Source of the DNA: Cenarchaeum sp.
GTDB taxonomy: Archaea; Thermoproteota; Nitrososphaeria; Nitrososphaerales; Nitrosopumilaceae
DNA length: 64,000 nt
Reading direction: 5' to 3'
Assembly (NCBI GenBank): GCA_965242695.1
Contig: CBDESU010000001.1
Span: 1,856,001 to 1,920,000 of the forward strand
Of this stretch, positions 1 through 10,180 are shown one piece after another. Each line of letters begins with the position of its first letter. Position 1 is the first letter of the stretch. A program made the translations under genes and the position numbers. The notes beneath the pieces are model-generated. The model ran no database searches, had not been told where the DNA came from, and saw nothing but the letters and a program-made list of their open reading frames with translations.

Positions 1-207
1 CGCATCCTTGACGCATGTAATGACGAGGCGGCACCGCCCGGCGACGTCGGCCGGCGACTCGGCGACGGCGGCTCCGGCCCTTTCCAGGGCGGCCGCCTTT
101 TCGGCCGTCCGGTTGTGCACGACGACCTTGCGGCCGCGCCCGATCAGGCGCGCCGCGACGGCGGCGCCGAGCATTCCGGTCCCCACCACTCCCACGGCCC
201 CCTGCAC
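1..207 (-). CDS. NAD(P)-dependent oxidoreductase, 3-hydroxyisobutyrate/6-phosphogluconate dehydrogenase family (5' part, runs off window)
   Basis: Manual translation MQGAVGVVGTGMLGAAVAARL...VHNRTAEKA...AESPADVA...VITCVKDA: Rossmann GxGxxG plus NRT motif. Confidence 0.85.
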   Translation of the reverse strand, partial: MQGAVGVVGTGMLGAAVAARLIGRGRKVVVHNRTAEKAAALERAGAAVAESPADVAGRCRLVITCVKDA

Positions 208-257
208 GTGCGGGCGGCGGGGCGGCGGTATTTCATCCTTGGCGGGGCGGCCCGGCG

Positions 258-641
258 CTACCTCCGCTCCTCGGACTTTACCCGCCACGTGCCGCCGAGC
301 AGCGGCGCCTCGAGCTCCAGGTGGCCTATCACCCTGTCCCCCCGCCGGACCATCGCGTAGTCGAAGCGGCGCATGCGCAGCACCCGCTCCCTCGGCTTGT
401 ACCCGCCCTCGATGACGCGCACGCCGAGCCTCTTGCTCGCCTTGACGACGAGCGAGCGGGCGTTCTTCACGTCGCCGACCCACGAGAACATCTCGAACGC
501 CCCAAAGTTCTCCGTCTCGATGTCGTGCCCGTACAGGCGCGCCTCCAGCCTGTACCGGTGGCGCGCCGCCTGCCCGTTTATCCAGTCGACGACCTCGCGG
601 CCGTGGCCCCTCTCGGCGCCGAAAGACTCCGAGTCCCTCAT
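258..641 (-). CDS. Conserved thaumarchaeal hypothetical protein
   Basis: Protein-like ORF from ATG 641 (MRDSESFG...FEMFSWVGDV...VIEGGYKP). Confidence 0.75.
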   Translation of the reverse strand: MRDSESFGAERGHGREVVDWINGQAARHRYRLEARLYGHDIETENFGAFEMFSWVGDVKNARSLVVKASKRLGVRVIEGGYKPRERVLRMRRFDYAMVRRGDRVIGHLELEAPLLGGTWRVKSEERR

Positions 642-728
642 ACGGGGCCGGCCCCCGCGCCTTGCATGATAACGCTTTCGCGCCAGCACCGCGCTTGGCT
701 AAAATACGGGGCCGCCGCCCCGCCCGCG

Positions 729-1106
729 ATGGGCGGCGTGATCACGGTCGACTGCAGGGACGTAGAGGCCATAAAGCACGAGCTGCTCGTGTACGTCTCG
801 GACAACGTCGGCGCCATTCCGGCCCTGAAGCTGCACGAGTTTGCGCTCTCGCCGATCGGCGACGAGCCGATCGACGTCTCCGAGGTCGTCACGACCATCA
901 GGGAGTACCTCGACTCGATAGGCGAGGCGCGCAACTTTGCCATACTGCCCGGCGGCGACACCGTCTCCATCAAGTCGGTCTCGGGCAGGCCCATGGAGCG
1001 GCCCGAGGCGGCCGCGCCGGCCGAGATGTTCTCGTGCCCCCACTGCGGGTTCGTCACGCAGTACGAGGTAGAGTACAACGCGCACAAGCGCATACACTAC
1101 CTGTGA
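729..1106 (+). CDS. C2H2-type zinc-finger protein
   Basis: C-terminal CPHC...HKRIH; ATG 729 downstream of TAAAATA. Confidence 0.8.
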   Translation: MGGVITVDCRDVEAIKHELLVYVSDNVGAIPALKLHEFALSPIGDEPIDVSEVVTTIREYLDSIGEARNFAILPGGDTVSIKSVSGRPMERPEAAAPAEMFSCPHCGFVTQYEVEYNAHKRIHYL

Positions 1107-1176
1107 GCGGCGGAGATCCGCTCGCAGGGCGTCCGGCCCAGGCGATGCTTATAAGGAAGGGCTCCGCGCAGGGGCC

Positions 1177-1392
1177 GTGCTAGGGCAGGGCGTCGGCAGG
1201 GGCCGGAGCGGCGGCGCAAAGGTGTACTGCGAGAGGTGCGATGCCGTGTTCCCGTCGAGGTCAGAGTACGAGAGGCACCTTGGCAGGCATGGCGGCGGAG
1301 GGGCAGGCGGCGGCGGATGCGAAGAGTGCCCCCTCGACACGGCCATATCAAAGCTCGTCGGCCTGTTCAGGGGCATGGGCGGCGGCCGCTAG
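1177..1392 (+). CDS. Small zinc-finger protein
   Basis: CERC...HLGRH plus CEECP; TTATAA upstream at ~1149. Confidence 0.7.
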   Translation: MLGQGVGRGRSGGAKVYCERCDAVFPSRSEYERHLGRHGGGGAGGGGCEECPLDTAISKLVGLFRGMGGGR

Positions 1393-1445
1393 GCGCGCCA
1401 CACTTGGCAAAAATTATTTTAGTGGCGCCGCGGGCCGGCCGCCGT

Positions 1446-2123
1446 ATGGCCGGCAGGGGAGCCAAGATCGGCATCGTGGCGGGCGCCGCGGCGGCCGCAG
1501 TCGTGGCCGCCGCCGCGGCGGCTGCCATGCAGCCGGCCCCCGACTACGAGGGGGTCGACATGGACGCAATGACGGGGACCGTCTCGACGGCCCTGGCATC
1601 CCCCGTGCTGGGCGACCCCGACGCGCCCATCGCGATCGTCGAGTTTGGCGACTACCAGTGCCACCAGTGCTACAACTGGTTCCACAACACAAAGCCGGGC
1701 ATCGAGGCAGAGTACATCGAGACCGGCAGGGCCAGCCTGGTGTTCGTAGACATGGCGTTCCTCGGCAGGGACTCGCCGCGGGCCGCCGAGGCGTCGCACT
1801 GCGCCGGCGACCAGGGCATGTACTGGGAGTACCACGACACGCTGTACAGGCAGCAGGGGCAGAGGATCGACGACGGGTGGGCCGCGGCAGACAGGCTCAG
1901 GCTGTTCGCAGGCAGCATCGGGCTCGACGCGGACCAGTTCGCCGAGTGCCTCGACTCGGGCAAGCACCGCGACAGGGTAAAGTACAACACCGACGAGGCC
2001 CTCAGGCACGGCGTGAGCGGCACGCCTACGTTCATCATCGTCGGCCCCGGCGGGGGCGAGCAGACGATAGTCGGGGCGCAGCCGTACGCCGCGTTCCGCG
2101 ACGCGATAGAGTCGGTGGCGTGA
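1446..2123 (+). CDS. DsbA-family thiol-disulfide oxidoreductase
   Basis: N-terminal anchor, EFGDYQCHQC CxxC, GVSGTPTF, GAQPY. Confidence 0.9.
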   Translation: MAGRGAKIGIVAGAAAAAVVAAAAAAAMQPAPDYEGVDMDAMTGTVSTALASPVLGDPDAPIAIVEFGDYQCHQCYNWFHNTKPGIEAEYIETGRASLVFVDMAFLGRDSPRAAEASHCAGDQGMYWEYHDTLYRQQGQRIDDGWAAADRLRLFAGSIGLDADQFAECLDSGKHRDRVKYNTDEALRHGVSGTPTFIIVGPGGGEQTIVGAQPYAAFRDAIESVA

Positions 2124-2663
2124 TTGCGCGCCGAGCGGCTCGTCTTTGCCGACCCCAGGTACGCGGCGATGGGCGCGGCCGTCTTTGCCGGCATGGCCGT
2201 TCCCCTGCTCGCATTGTCCGGCTTCGTCTTCTTCGAGCCGCGCCTCGCATGGGTGGTGCACCCCGGCGAGGAGGCAAGGCTGGCCCTCGTGGTCGCCCTG
2301 TCGGCCCTGTCGGCCCTTGTAGTCCCGATGAGCGCGTACAGGGCGCTGTCCCTGGGAGGGCCGGGGCGGCGCGGCGGGGGCTCTGGCGGCAGGGCGGCCG
2401 CGGCCGGCTCTGCCGTCGGGGCGGCGGCCGGCGCGTGCGGGTGCGGTCCCGTCGGCCTTGCCCTCTTCTCGGCGTTCGGCGGGGCCGGCGCATCGCTTGC
2501 CGCCGCCCTGACCAACTACGAGGTCCACATACGCCTCGCGTCGATAGCCGTGCTGTGCGTTGCGTACTGGGCCGCGTCGCGGTCGATCGGCGCCGAGTGC
2601 GGCATCGGGCGGCCGGGCGGCGGCCGGGCGGCGGCGGCCAGAGGCGGCAGTCTACAAAGTTAG
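2124..2663 (+). CDS. Membrane protein with CGC motif, adjacent to DsbA
   Basis: Four hydrophobic segments; abuts the DsbA stop codon. Confidence 0.7.
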   Translation: MRAERLVFADPRYAAMGAAVFAGMAVPLLALSGFVFFEPRLAWVVHPGEEARLALVVALSALSALVVPMSAYRALSLGGPGRRGGGSGGRAAAAGSAVGAAAGACGCGPVGLALFSAFGGAGASLAAALTNYEVHIRLASIAVLCVAYWAASRSIGAECGIGRPGGGRAAAARGGSLQS

Positions 2664-2808
2664 ACCGAGGTGTCATAATCCTTCAACACCCATCCTAATT
2701 AGCCGACGATCGGGCGGTTGGGCGTTGAAGATCTACATCCCGGTCCGACCGAGCCGAAGATCGTCCGATGCGGACGAGGAAGACGCAGAGCAGGACGGCA
2801 GGTAGCCC

Positions 2809-3786
2809 CTAGTGGCTGCGCGGTTGCGGCGCCCCGGGCGCGCCTAGCCGCGCGTACGAGCCGTCCGGAGCCGGCGGCAGGCCCGGGGCGCCCGGCCACA
2901 GCAGGGATGCGAGGATCTCTACGCCGGCGACCACCCGTATGCTAGGCTTGCTAAAGTAGCCGCCGGCGTCGACCGCGTACACGCGGCCGGACCGCGCGGC
3001 CAGCGTGCCGCGCCAGCGCGGGTCGGCGGCAAGTGGCGAGCCCGGTGCCGAGTACTCGGCGGCGGCCCGGTCCGCGCCAAAGCCGCACGGCATGACGACG
3101 GCCACGTCCGGCGCGCTTTCCGCAGCCTCCTTGACAGACATGGGGCGGGAGTGCTCGCCTGCCGAGCTGACCAGATTCACGCCGGCGGCGGCCTCTACCA
3201 TCTCGGGCACCCAGTGGCCTGCCGTGTACGGCGGGTCGATCCACTCTAGCGCCAGGGCGCGCGGCCTCTCCTTTCCGCTGGCGGCGGCCGCGGCGGCCGC
3301 GCGGGCCGCCCCCAGGCGCGACTCGAGCGATGCCCGCAGGCGCCGCCCCTCCCTGCCCCTGCCTAGCAGCGACGCGACCCCCGTTACGCTGTCGAGTATG
3401 CCGCGGATATCGTGCGGGTCGATCGACAGGAGCTCGGCCGAGCCGCCTGCCGCCTCCAAGGCCCTGTGCGCCTGCGCCGCATGCGGGGCGCACGCCTCGC
3501 ACGTGTCCTGGCATATGATCAGGTCCGGGTCGGCCCTGCGCACCGCATCCTCGTCGAGCTCGAACAGGTCGTGGCCGGCGCGGCGCGCGGCGCGCACGGC
3601 GGCATCGATCTCCGCGCCGTTCATGGCCGAAAAGTCTACCGCCGGGGAGATCACGCGCGGCACCGGCGGCAGGCCGGCCGGCAGCTCGCACTCGTGCGTG
3701 ATGCCGCGCAGCGACCCGGCGGCGCCGAGCTCGCAGATGAGATCCGTGGCGCTCGGCAGGAGCGAGACGACGCGCTTGAAGTGCAT
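2809..3786 (-). CDS. Cobalamin/Fe-siderophore ABC substrate-binding protein (BtuF-like)
   Basis: RVVSLLPSATD, ITHEC, QDTCEAC, EWIDPPYTAGHWVPEM, VVMPCGF. Confidence 0.85.
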   Translation of the reverse strand: MHFKRVVSLLPSATDLICELGAAGSLRGITHECELPAGLPPVPRVISPAVDFSAMNGAEIDAAVRAARRAGHDLFELDEDAVRRADPDLIICQDTCEACAPHAAQAHRALEAAGGSAELLSIDPHDIRGILDSVTGVASLLGRGREGRRLRASLESRLGAARAAAAAAASGKERPRALALEWIDPPYTAGHWVPEMVEAAAGVNLVSSAGEHSRPMSVKEAAESAPDVAVVMPCGFGADRAAAEYSAPGSPLAADPRWRGTLAARSGRVYAVDAGGYFSKPSIRVVAGVEILASLLWPGAPGLPPAPDGSYARLGAPGAPQPRSH

Positions 3787-3840
3787 GCCGCGGGGCCGGC
3801 GCGCGCAGAAATAAGCGTGCCGGGCCCCGCAGTCGGCGCG

Positions 3841-6800
3841 CTACCCGTCCCTGTTCTCGCCGGTGCGGTACGAGACGAGCGTCCCGAGCTGGTGCGCTAT
3901 CCTGGCCCGCTGCGGCACCGTAAATCCGAGGATGCCCAGCACCTCCCCATCCAGCCGCTCCCTGTCAAGGTCGCCGCAGTAGGCATTCCATGCGGCGCCG
4001 AGCCTGCCTACGTCGCGGGAGTCCATCCTGCCAAGGTCCGGCACCGGCGCCTCCGCCAGGTCGGCGATCAGCACCTGCAGGGCCCCGCCGCCTGCCACGT
4101 GCCCGCTCTTCTCCAAGTGCAGCGCAAACCAAGAGGATGCAAGGTACGCGAGGAGCGCGTCGGTGTGCTCGGGCCGGCTCGGCGTAAAGCCCGCAAAGTT
4201 GTCCCTCGCGTAGAAGCGGCCGTTGTTCCTGTACGCCTTGAGGCGCCTGTCGATGAAGCGGCCTAGGAAGACGGCCGGCGGGCCGTCCCGCAGGCCGAGC
4301 GAGTACCACAGGTCCCTCCCCCTGAGCGATGCAAGATCGGCAATGCCCCTCTCCTTGCGCGAGGATCCCTTCTTCGGCACGACGGCGGCCGCCTCGGCAT
4401 CCTCGATGTACCGCAGGACTCCGGCGCCGCCGACGGCCCTTGCGAGGCGGCCCTTTGGAAGATCGACGCTCAGTAGGTGCTCGCTCGCCCTCTGGCCCCC
4501 GAGGCAGCCGTCCGCAATGCCGTCGGACAGCACCGGCCGCCTGAACCGGGCCGGGATCGAGTACTCTCGAACAGCCTCGCGCGTGAGTACAAAGAACTTG
4601 TTGCGACCTGTCTTGATCCCGCTCTCTAGCTTACCGACCTTTCTCAACGGTACGGTCGGGACGCGTATATGCGAAGGGGGGGGGGGGCGCAAAGTGAGCA
4701 AACCAGTTGCCCGGCACGGTCGTCCTCTGGAGCTTCCTAGCCACCATATGCTGCGTCCAGTCGTCAAATGCGCGGATCCCTGGGATCGCCGCAAGGAGTA
4801 TCTGGTGGCCATCGCAGGACCTCGCTTTGGTGAGGAGCGTGACCACCGTCTTGATGTCGGCGTCGTCAAAGACGTTGAAGAGGGGACGCAACAGGGCGTC
4901 GATTCTACAGTTGTCAAGCATGGTGCGCTGCAGCTGCAACCCATAGTCATGATTGAGCCACCCGTCGCTTGCGATAAATCCCAGGCGGCCACCATTCGCT
5001 AGGCTTGCAAGCGAATGGTAGTAGAAGTAGCTGCTCAGGTCGCTTTTACGTGGTATCTCAAAGTCCGATGCAATCTCTAGCACCGAGCCACCTGGAAGCG
5101 CCAGCGAATTCTTGTCTGCAAGGCCTTCCTGCCGCACGTATGGTGGGTTTCCAATTATAATGTCGAATCCCTGTGCCGCCTGGAACGTGTACGGGAACAA
5201 TGAGGGCCATCCACCATCGGGGATGTCTTTGACGCTGTCCCGCACAACTATGTTCCGAGACAAGTCGGGCAGGCGCTCGAACAGTGACGCCGTCATCAGG
5301 CACAGCGACAGGCGCGTTATCTCAACCGACTGAGGGTTCACGTCTATTCCGTACAGGTTGTTGCGCACTATCTCGAGGGGGGAGGCGTCCGCAATGTCCG
5401 ATTCTAACGTGCCGCTTGCTAGCCCTCCGTGGGCGTTCCTGTGTGCTCGGATTTCTCTGTATATGTCAAGCAGGGTAGTAGCCGCTTCGATCAGAAATGC
5501 TCCCGATCCACACGCAGGATCAAGTATCCGGATGTTGCGCAGCCGCTCCTCAAGGCTTGCAATGTTATCTGCATACTCTGCCACAAGGGAGGCAGGATCC
5601 GCCGCGCTGCCCAACTTCGATAGCCATGGTATAATCGTGCTACGGCATATGTGACGCGTCACGTATGCAGGGGTGTAGAACACCCCCTCACGCTTACGCC
5701 GCGACGAGCCGATGCCAAGTAGGTGCTCGATTTCATGTATGGACTGTTCAAATATGTGGCCAAGTATAGTGACGCGTATCTGGCTCTTGAAGTCATATGA
5801 GGACATTGCGAGTAAGTTTTTGATGATTGGGTTGAGATCGTCGTGCCGCCGGACCGCTGCCTCTATCTTCACCTTGAACTCCCACGAACGACGCCGCTTT
5901 TCAGAGTTAAATTCGTCGAAGAATCCGGGAGGGCGCAGGTCCATTATCCGGGCTCCCCGGGGGAGTGGTTCTACAAATAGACCTCCATTGAACCCGAATA
6001 TTTGGGGCGAGCGTGATCCCTTGTCAAATCCTGGAAACAGTTCATCTGTCAGGTATGACCACACCCGTTTTGAACGGTCGCCTAGTCGCCCGTTCAGCAC
6101 GTCGATCACTCCGTCTGCAAACATATCCGAGTCGCGTACCAAGCCCGAATCTTGGGCGAAGAATATAAAGATAAGCCTGTTGAGCAGCGTCTGTGCTGCC
6201 GCGACGGCGGCACCTCGTTTCACTCCAGACGTTTCGAACTCCCGGATCAACATAAGGCGTGTCTTTCCATACAGATCGTAAAACTCGTCCGTGAGTGCCT
6301 TGTCTTCGTTTATCGACTTTGTGTGAGCACGCTCGACAAAGCCGGATCCAATGTTCGCCTTCCCGAACACGCCTATGAACTCTCGCAGTTTTTTAGGGTT
6401 GTTCCTTACACTCTCAAAGTCGAACTTATAATACTTTGAATAACCATGTTTTTTAGTTATTAAAATAAATTTGCGGTAGTTAGTACATATGCCGTATTCA
6501 AGGTCGATCTTTCCCATGTAGTCCCAAGCCTGCTTGATGGGGGTCGAATGTTCTCCTTCCTTGTGGTGTTGCCGGGCGAAAAGATCGCGCGTCTGTGTGC
6601 CTTTTACTTCAAAACATCCGAGCGGGCGGCGTTGTGAATCGTAAAATTGGAACTCGACGTTGTCCGATTCATATTTGATGTCATCCACCTTGTATCCGAG
6701 CAGTCTATCGAGTATGCACGACATGAAGATGGGGTAGTTGGACACCTCCTTTTGTAGACGGTCTTCTTTGAGCAACGTGAGCCACTCGGACGCCGCGTCG

Positions 6801-6874
6801 TGCTGGTCCCTTGTGATCTTCACGTCAGCGCACATGTTCTCGAGTGTCGCCGGTGAGAAGAGATCATCGGACAT
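3841..6874 (-). pseudogene. Type IIG-like restriction-modification enzyme (nuclease-N6 MTase-TRD), frameshifted at a poly-C tract
   Basis: ORF 6874-4631 has the FEVKG nuclease motif, GVFYTP, ILDPACGSGAFL and GNPPY; TRD (GIKTGRNKFF...GGGALQV) continues in +1 frame to 3841; paralogous to 27688-30774. Confidence 0.85.
4676..4687 (-). repeat. C12 homopolymer (G12 on + strand) at the frameshift site
   Basis: gcgaa-G12-cgc; C11 would restore the frame. Confidence 0.9.
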
Positions 6875-7097
6875 ACAAGTCACCACGCCGTGGTGCCATA
6901 GATGGCCAAGGAAAGCCGCTGCCACATCCACCGCGCAACCCTCCACGGTGCAGGGGCCTGCAAGGCAGGGCGCCTTATCCAGGCGCGGTGGCGTCGGTAG
7001 GTGTACATAGCGATCACGGCGCCGCTGACGAGTAGCCCCGTTAAATCCCTTTCAAGGCAACGCGGCGTTTCTTATACGCCCCGCCCGGGAGGGGGCC

Positions 7098-8270
7098 GTG
7101 GAAGAGTCCGTTCGCATCCGCAGGGACATCGAGGCGAGGTGGAACGAGCACCTGTCCAGGCACGGCGCCCTGTTCTCGTCGGATGCGGTGAGCGGTACGA
7201 CCCCGCCGACCGTCTTCGTCGGCTCGCACGGCTACCCCCGCCTGCGCGTGGGCCCCATGGTGCCGCCCGTCCACGGCGACACGTCCATGATGGACAGCCC
7301 GGAGCGGTGGTCCGGCCGCACCCTGGCCGAGATCGTCTCGGACAGGCTTCGGATGGTGCGCGGCGTGCGCACGGTGCGGGCCGACGCGCCGGCGGACCGC
7401 TACGTCGAGGACCTGCAGGGGCTGGCCATGTCCGGCGGGCCGGCAGACTCTGACCTGCGGCTCGACGCGCCGGCGGCCCCGGTGGCCCTTGCCGACGGGT
7501 ACTCGGCGCCGTTCGGCCCCGTCGGCAGCGTCAAGAGCGCGTCGTACTCGGGGCTGTCGGCCCCGCCGAGGGCCGTCGAGCGGGCGTACTACGACACCGA
7601 CAGGGGCGCCGCCGGCGCCGTCATGGACCTGTACGAGGCGGGCATCGAGGTGTCTAGGATACACCGGCTCCTGTCCATCGGCATGCTCGGCCGGAAGAAG
7701 AGGAGGAGGCTCGTGCCGACCCGCTGGAGCATTGCGGCGACCGACTCTGCCATATCCGAGGCGCTGTCGCGGCGCATACTGGACTATCCGCTGATCGACT
7801 CGCATATGGTGTTCCACCACGAGCACCTGGGCAACCTCTTCTCGGTCGTGCTGTTCCCGAGCCGGTGGATGTTCGAGATGATCGAGGCGTGGTACGCCGC
7901 CGACGGGACGCCGGGGTTCGGGGCGGACCGCGAGGGTGCGCGCGGCATGGGCCACAGGCAGCCGGCCATTGCGGGGGCGTACTTTGCCGGCAGGCTCGCC
8001 GTCGCCGAGCACCTAGAGCGCATCCAGGCGCAGGCCGGCGCGCTAGTCCTGCGCGAGATAAGGCCCGAGTACGCGGTGCCCGTGGGCGTGTGGCAGGTGA
8101 GGGAGGGCGTGCGGGCCGCGATGGCCGGAGGGGGCGCGGCTGCGCCCTCCCTCGGCGAGGCCGTCGGGGCGGCGTGCTCCCCGATGAGCATCTCGAAGGG
8201 CGAGTGGCTCGCGCACGGGCAGGTGATGCAGATGGCCCGTCAGCGGACGCTTGCCGACTTTTTCGGCTAG
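7098..8270 (+). CDS. nreA: Nre family DNA repair protein
   Basis: PPTVFVGSHGYP, RRLVPTRWSI, LREIRPEYAVPVGVWQVRE, C-terminal PIP box QRTLADFF. Confidence 0.9.
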   Translation: MEESVRIRRDIEARWNEHLSRHGALFSSDAVSGTTPPTVFVGSHGYPRLRVGPMVPPVHGDTSMMDSPERWSGRTLAEIVSDRLRMVRGVRTVRADAPADRYVEDLQGLAMSGGPADSDLRLDAPAAPVALADGYSAPFGPVGSVKSASYSGLSAPPRAVERAYYDTDRGAAGAVMDLYEAGIEVSRIHRLLSIGMLGRKKRRRLVPTRWSIAATDSAISEALSRRILDYPLIDSHMVFHHEHLGNLFSVVLFPSRWMFEMIEAWYAADGTPGFGADREGARGMGHRQPAIAGAYFAGRLAVAEHLERIQAQAGALVLREIRPEYAVPVGVWQVREGVRAAMAGGGAAAPSLGEAVGAACSPMSISKGEWLAHGQVMQMARQRTLADFFG

Positions 8271-8404
8271 GCGGCAGAGGCGCGGCGGCCGGGCGCCCCG
8301 CCGCCGCAACCGGCAGTCCCGCCGGCAGGGGAAGGCGGCGGCCGCCGGCAAGTCCAGCCCCGCGCATCCCCGTTTGCATCCCGCTGTCGCGGCGCTCTCC
8401 GCAT

Positions 8405-8974
8405 CTACAGAATGACAAAGTTGAGGGATGCAAAGTCTGGATCGCTGGCCAAGGCGCTAAACTGCCGGTCCCGGGTGCAAAAATTTTTCACTCTGTAGTC
8501 CCGAGCCGCAAGCGCGTGCATCATGTCGAGGATGCCAAGGCTCCTGTAGATGATCCCCATTTTGCCGTGCGGCTCGAAGCGGCCCCCGTGCCTGATCAGC
8601 ATGCGCAGGGCCAGGGTTGCGTACTGTCCTGCATTATTCGAAGGGTTGCGAATTCGAACTTTGCCCATGTCAGACAAGAGCGAGAGCCGACGTAGAAAGA
8701 GTGCCACAGCCTTCTCCGCCACTGCCCATGCCGCCTGTAGGTCCGGCGCATTGCTGCCGCACACCCTAGCCAGATCTCTCGCCGTTTCGCGCCTAGTCAC
8801 TTGGATTACTTCGCTGATGACAAAATCGGACACGTCGACCGTCCTTTTTCCGTCATGCAGGTCGTCGAACAGGGGGCGGCAGGCATCGTAGTGCGGATCC
8901 TTCCTCCCCAGCGAGAATGCGGTCCACACATTGGAGTCCCAGTAGTCGTCGCTACGACCCTCTTCCGCGCACAG
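8405..8974 (-). CDS. PIN-domain (VapC-like) ribonuclease toxin
   Basis: YWDSNVW, VISEV, LGILDMMHALAA, FCTRDRQF; probable CTG start at 8974 (first canonical start GTG 8929 would lose the first Asp). Confidence 0.75.
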   Translation of the reverse strand: MCAEEGRSDDYWDSNVWTAFSLGRKDPHYDACRPLFDDLHDGKRTVDVSDFVISEVIQVTRRETARDLARVCGSNAPDLQAAWAVAEKAVALFLRRLSLLSDMGKVRIRNPSNNAGQYATLALRMLIRHGGRFEPHGKMGIIYRSLGILDMMHALAARDYRVKNFCTRDRQFSALASDPDFASLNFVIL

Positions 8975-9281
8975 ACCGGATCATCTCCAACGAGTCGCAG
9001 TCGGAACCAAAGTACTTGCTGAGGCAGCCATCAAACTCTGCCGGCTCTTTGAGATCCTCGGGGCCCATGCCCACCAAGGCGAGAAGGTACTCGCGCATGG
9101 CCTTGTTCTCCATCTCCACGTACGGCCGCTCCCACTCGCGCTGCGCCGCCACCAACCTTCTCAGCTCGTCCTTCGGTATCTCCGCGGAGCGGTCAATGAC
9201 CTCTCGGTTGAAGCGGGCGACCGAGTCGTGGTACTCTTGGGGCAGGGGGTCGATGTACACGGGCTCATTGCGTACTCCCAT
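8952..9281 (-). CDS. Putative antitoxin, copy 1 (toxin-proximal)
   Basis: Overlaps PIN gene; C-terminal DSLEMIRSVRGR resembles VapB-type tails; TTAATA box ~23 nt before ATG. Confidence 0.65.
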   Translation of the reverse strand: MGVRNEPVYIDPLPQEYHDSVARFNREVIDRSAEIPKDELRRLVAAQREWERPYVEMENKAMREYLLALVGMGPEDLKEPAEFDGCLSKYFGSDCDSLEMIRSVRGRGS

Positions 9282-9394
9282 GAAAGGCCGGCGCATGGGC
9301 CTCATATTAAGATTCCACCGCTAGGCCGAAGTCTACAGGGGCGGCGGGGCATAGACAGTAGCGGAGGCGGCGCGCTGGCGTCCCCGGCGCACCG

Positions 9395-9724
9395 CTACGA
9401 CCCTCTTCCGCGCACAGCCCTGACCATCTCCACCGAGTCGCAATCGGAACCAAAGTACCTGCTGAGAAATCCTGGGCCATCGGGCGGCTTCTTGAACTCC
9501 TCGGGGTCTATGCCCACTAGGGCGGCAAGGTACTCGCGCATGGCCTTGTTCTCCATCTGCATGTACGGCCACCTCCGCTTGCGCTCCGCCTCCATCAGCC
9601 TTTCCAATTCGTCCTTTGGTATCTCCGCGGAGCGGTCAATGACCTCTCGGTTGAAGCGGGCGACCGAGTCGTGGTACTCTTGGGGCAGGGGGTCGATGTA
9701 CACGGGCTCATTGCGTACTCCCAT
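9395..9724 (-). CDS. Putative antitoxin, copy 2
   Basis: Paralogue of copy 1 with its own TATA box; period 443 bp. Confidence 0.65.
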   Translation of the reverse strand: MGVRNEPVYIDPLPQEYHDSVARFNREVIDRSAEIPKDELERLMEAERKRRWPYMQMENKAMREYLAALVGIDPEEFKKPPDGPGFLSRYFGSDCDSVEMVRAVRGRGS

Positions 9725-9847
9725 GAAAGGCCGGCGCATGGGCCTCATATTAAGATTCCACCGCTAGGCCGAAGTCTACAGGGGCGGCGGGGCATAGACA
9801 GTAGCGGAGGCGGCGCGCTGGCGCCGGCAAGTGCCCCCGGCGCACCG

Positions 9848-10180
9848 CTACGGCCCTCTTCCGCGCACAGACCTGATCATCTCCAACGAGTCGCAGTCGG
9901 AACCAAAGTACTTGGCAAGGAACCCCGGGCCCCCGAGTGGTTTTTTGAACTCCTCGGGATCTATGCCCGCCAAGGCGGCAAGGTACTCGCGCATGGCCTT
10001 GTTCTCCATCTCCACGTACGGCCGCTCCCACTCGCGCTGCGCCGCCACCAGCCTTCTCAGCTCGTCCTTTGGTATCTCCGCGGAGCGGTCAATGACCTCT
10101 CGGTTGAAGCGGGCGACCGAGTCGTGATACTCTTGGGGCAGGGGGTCGACGTACACTGCCTTATCATTGCGTACTCCCAT
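9848..10180 (-). CDS. Putative antitoxin, copy 3
   Basis: Paralogue; sequence is a mosaic of copies 1 and 2. Confidence 0.65.
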   Translation of the reverse strand: MGVRNDKAVYVDPLPQEYHDSVARFNREVIDRSAEIPKDELRRLVAAQREWERPYVEMENKAMREYLAALAGIDPEEFKKPLGGPGFLAKYFGSDCDSLEMIRSVRGRGP

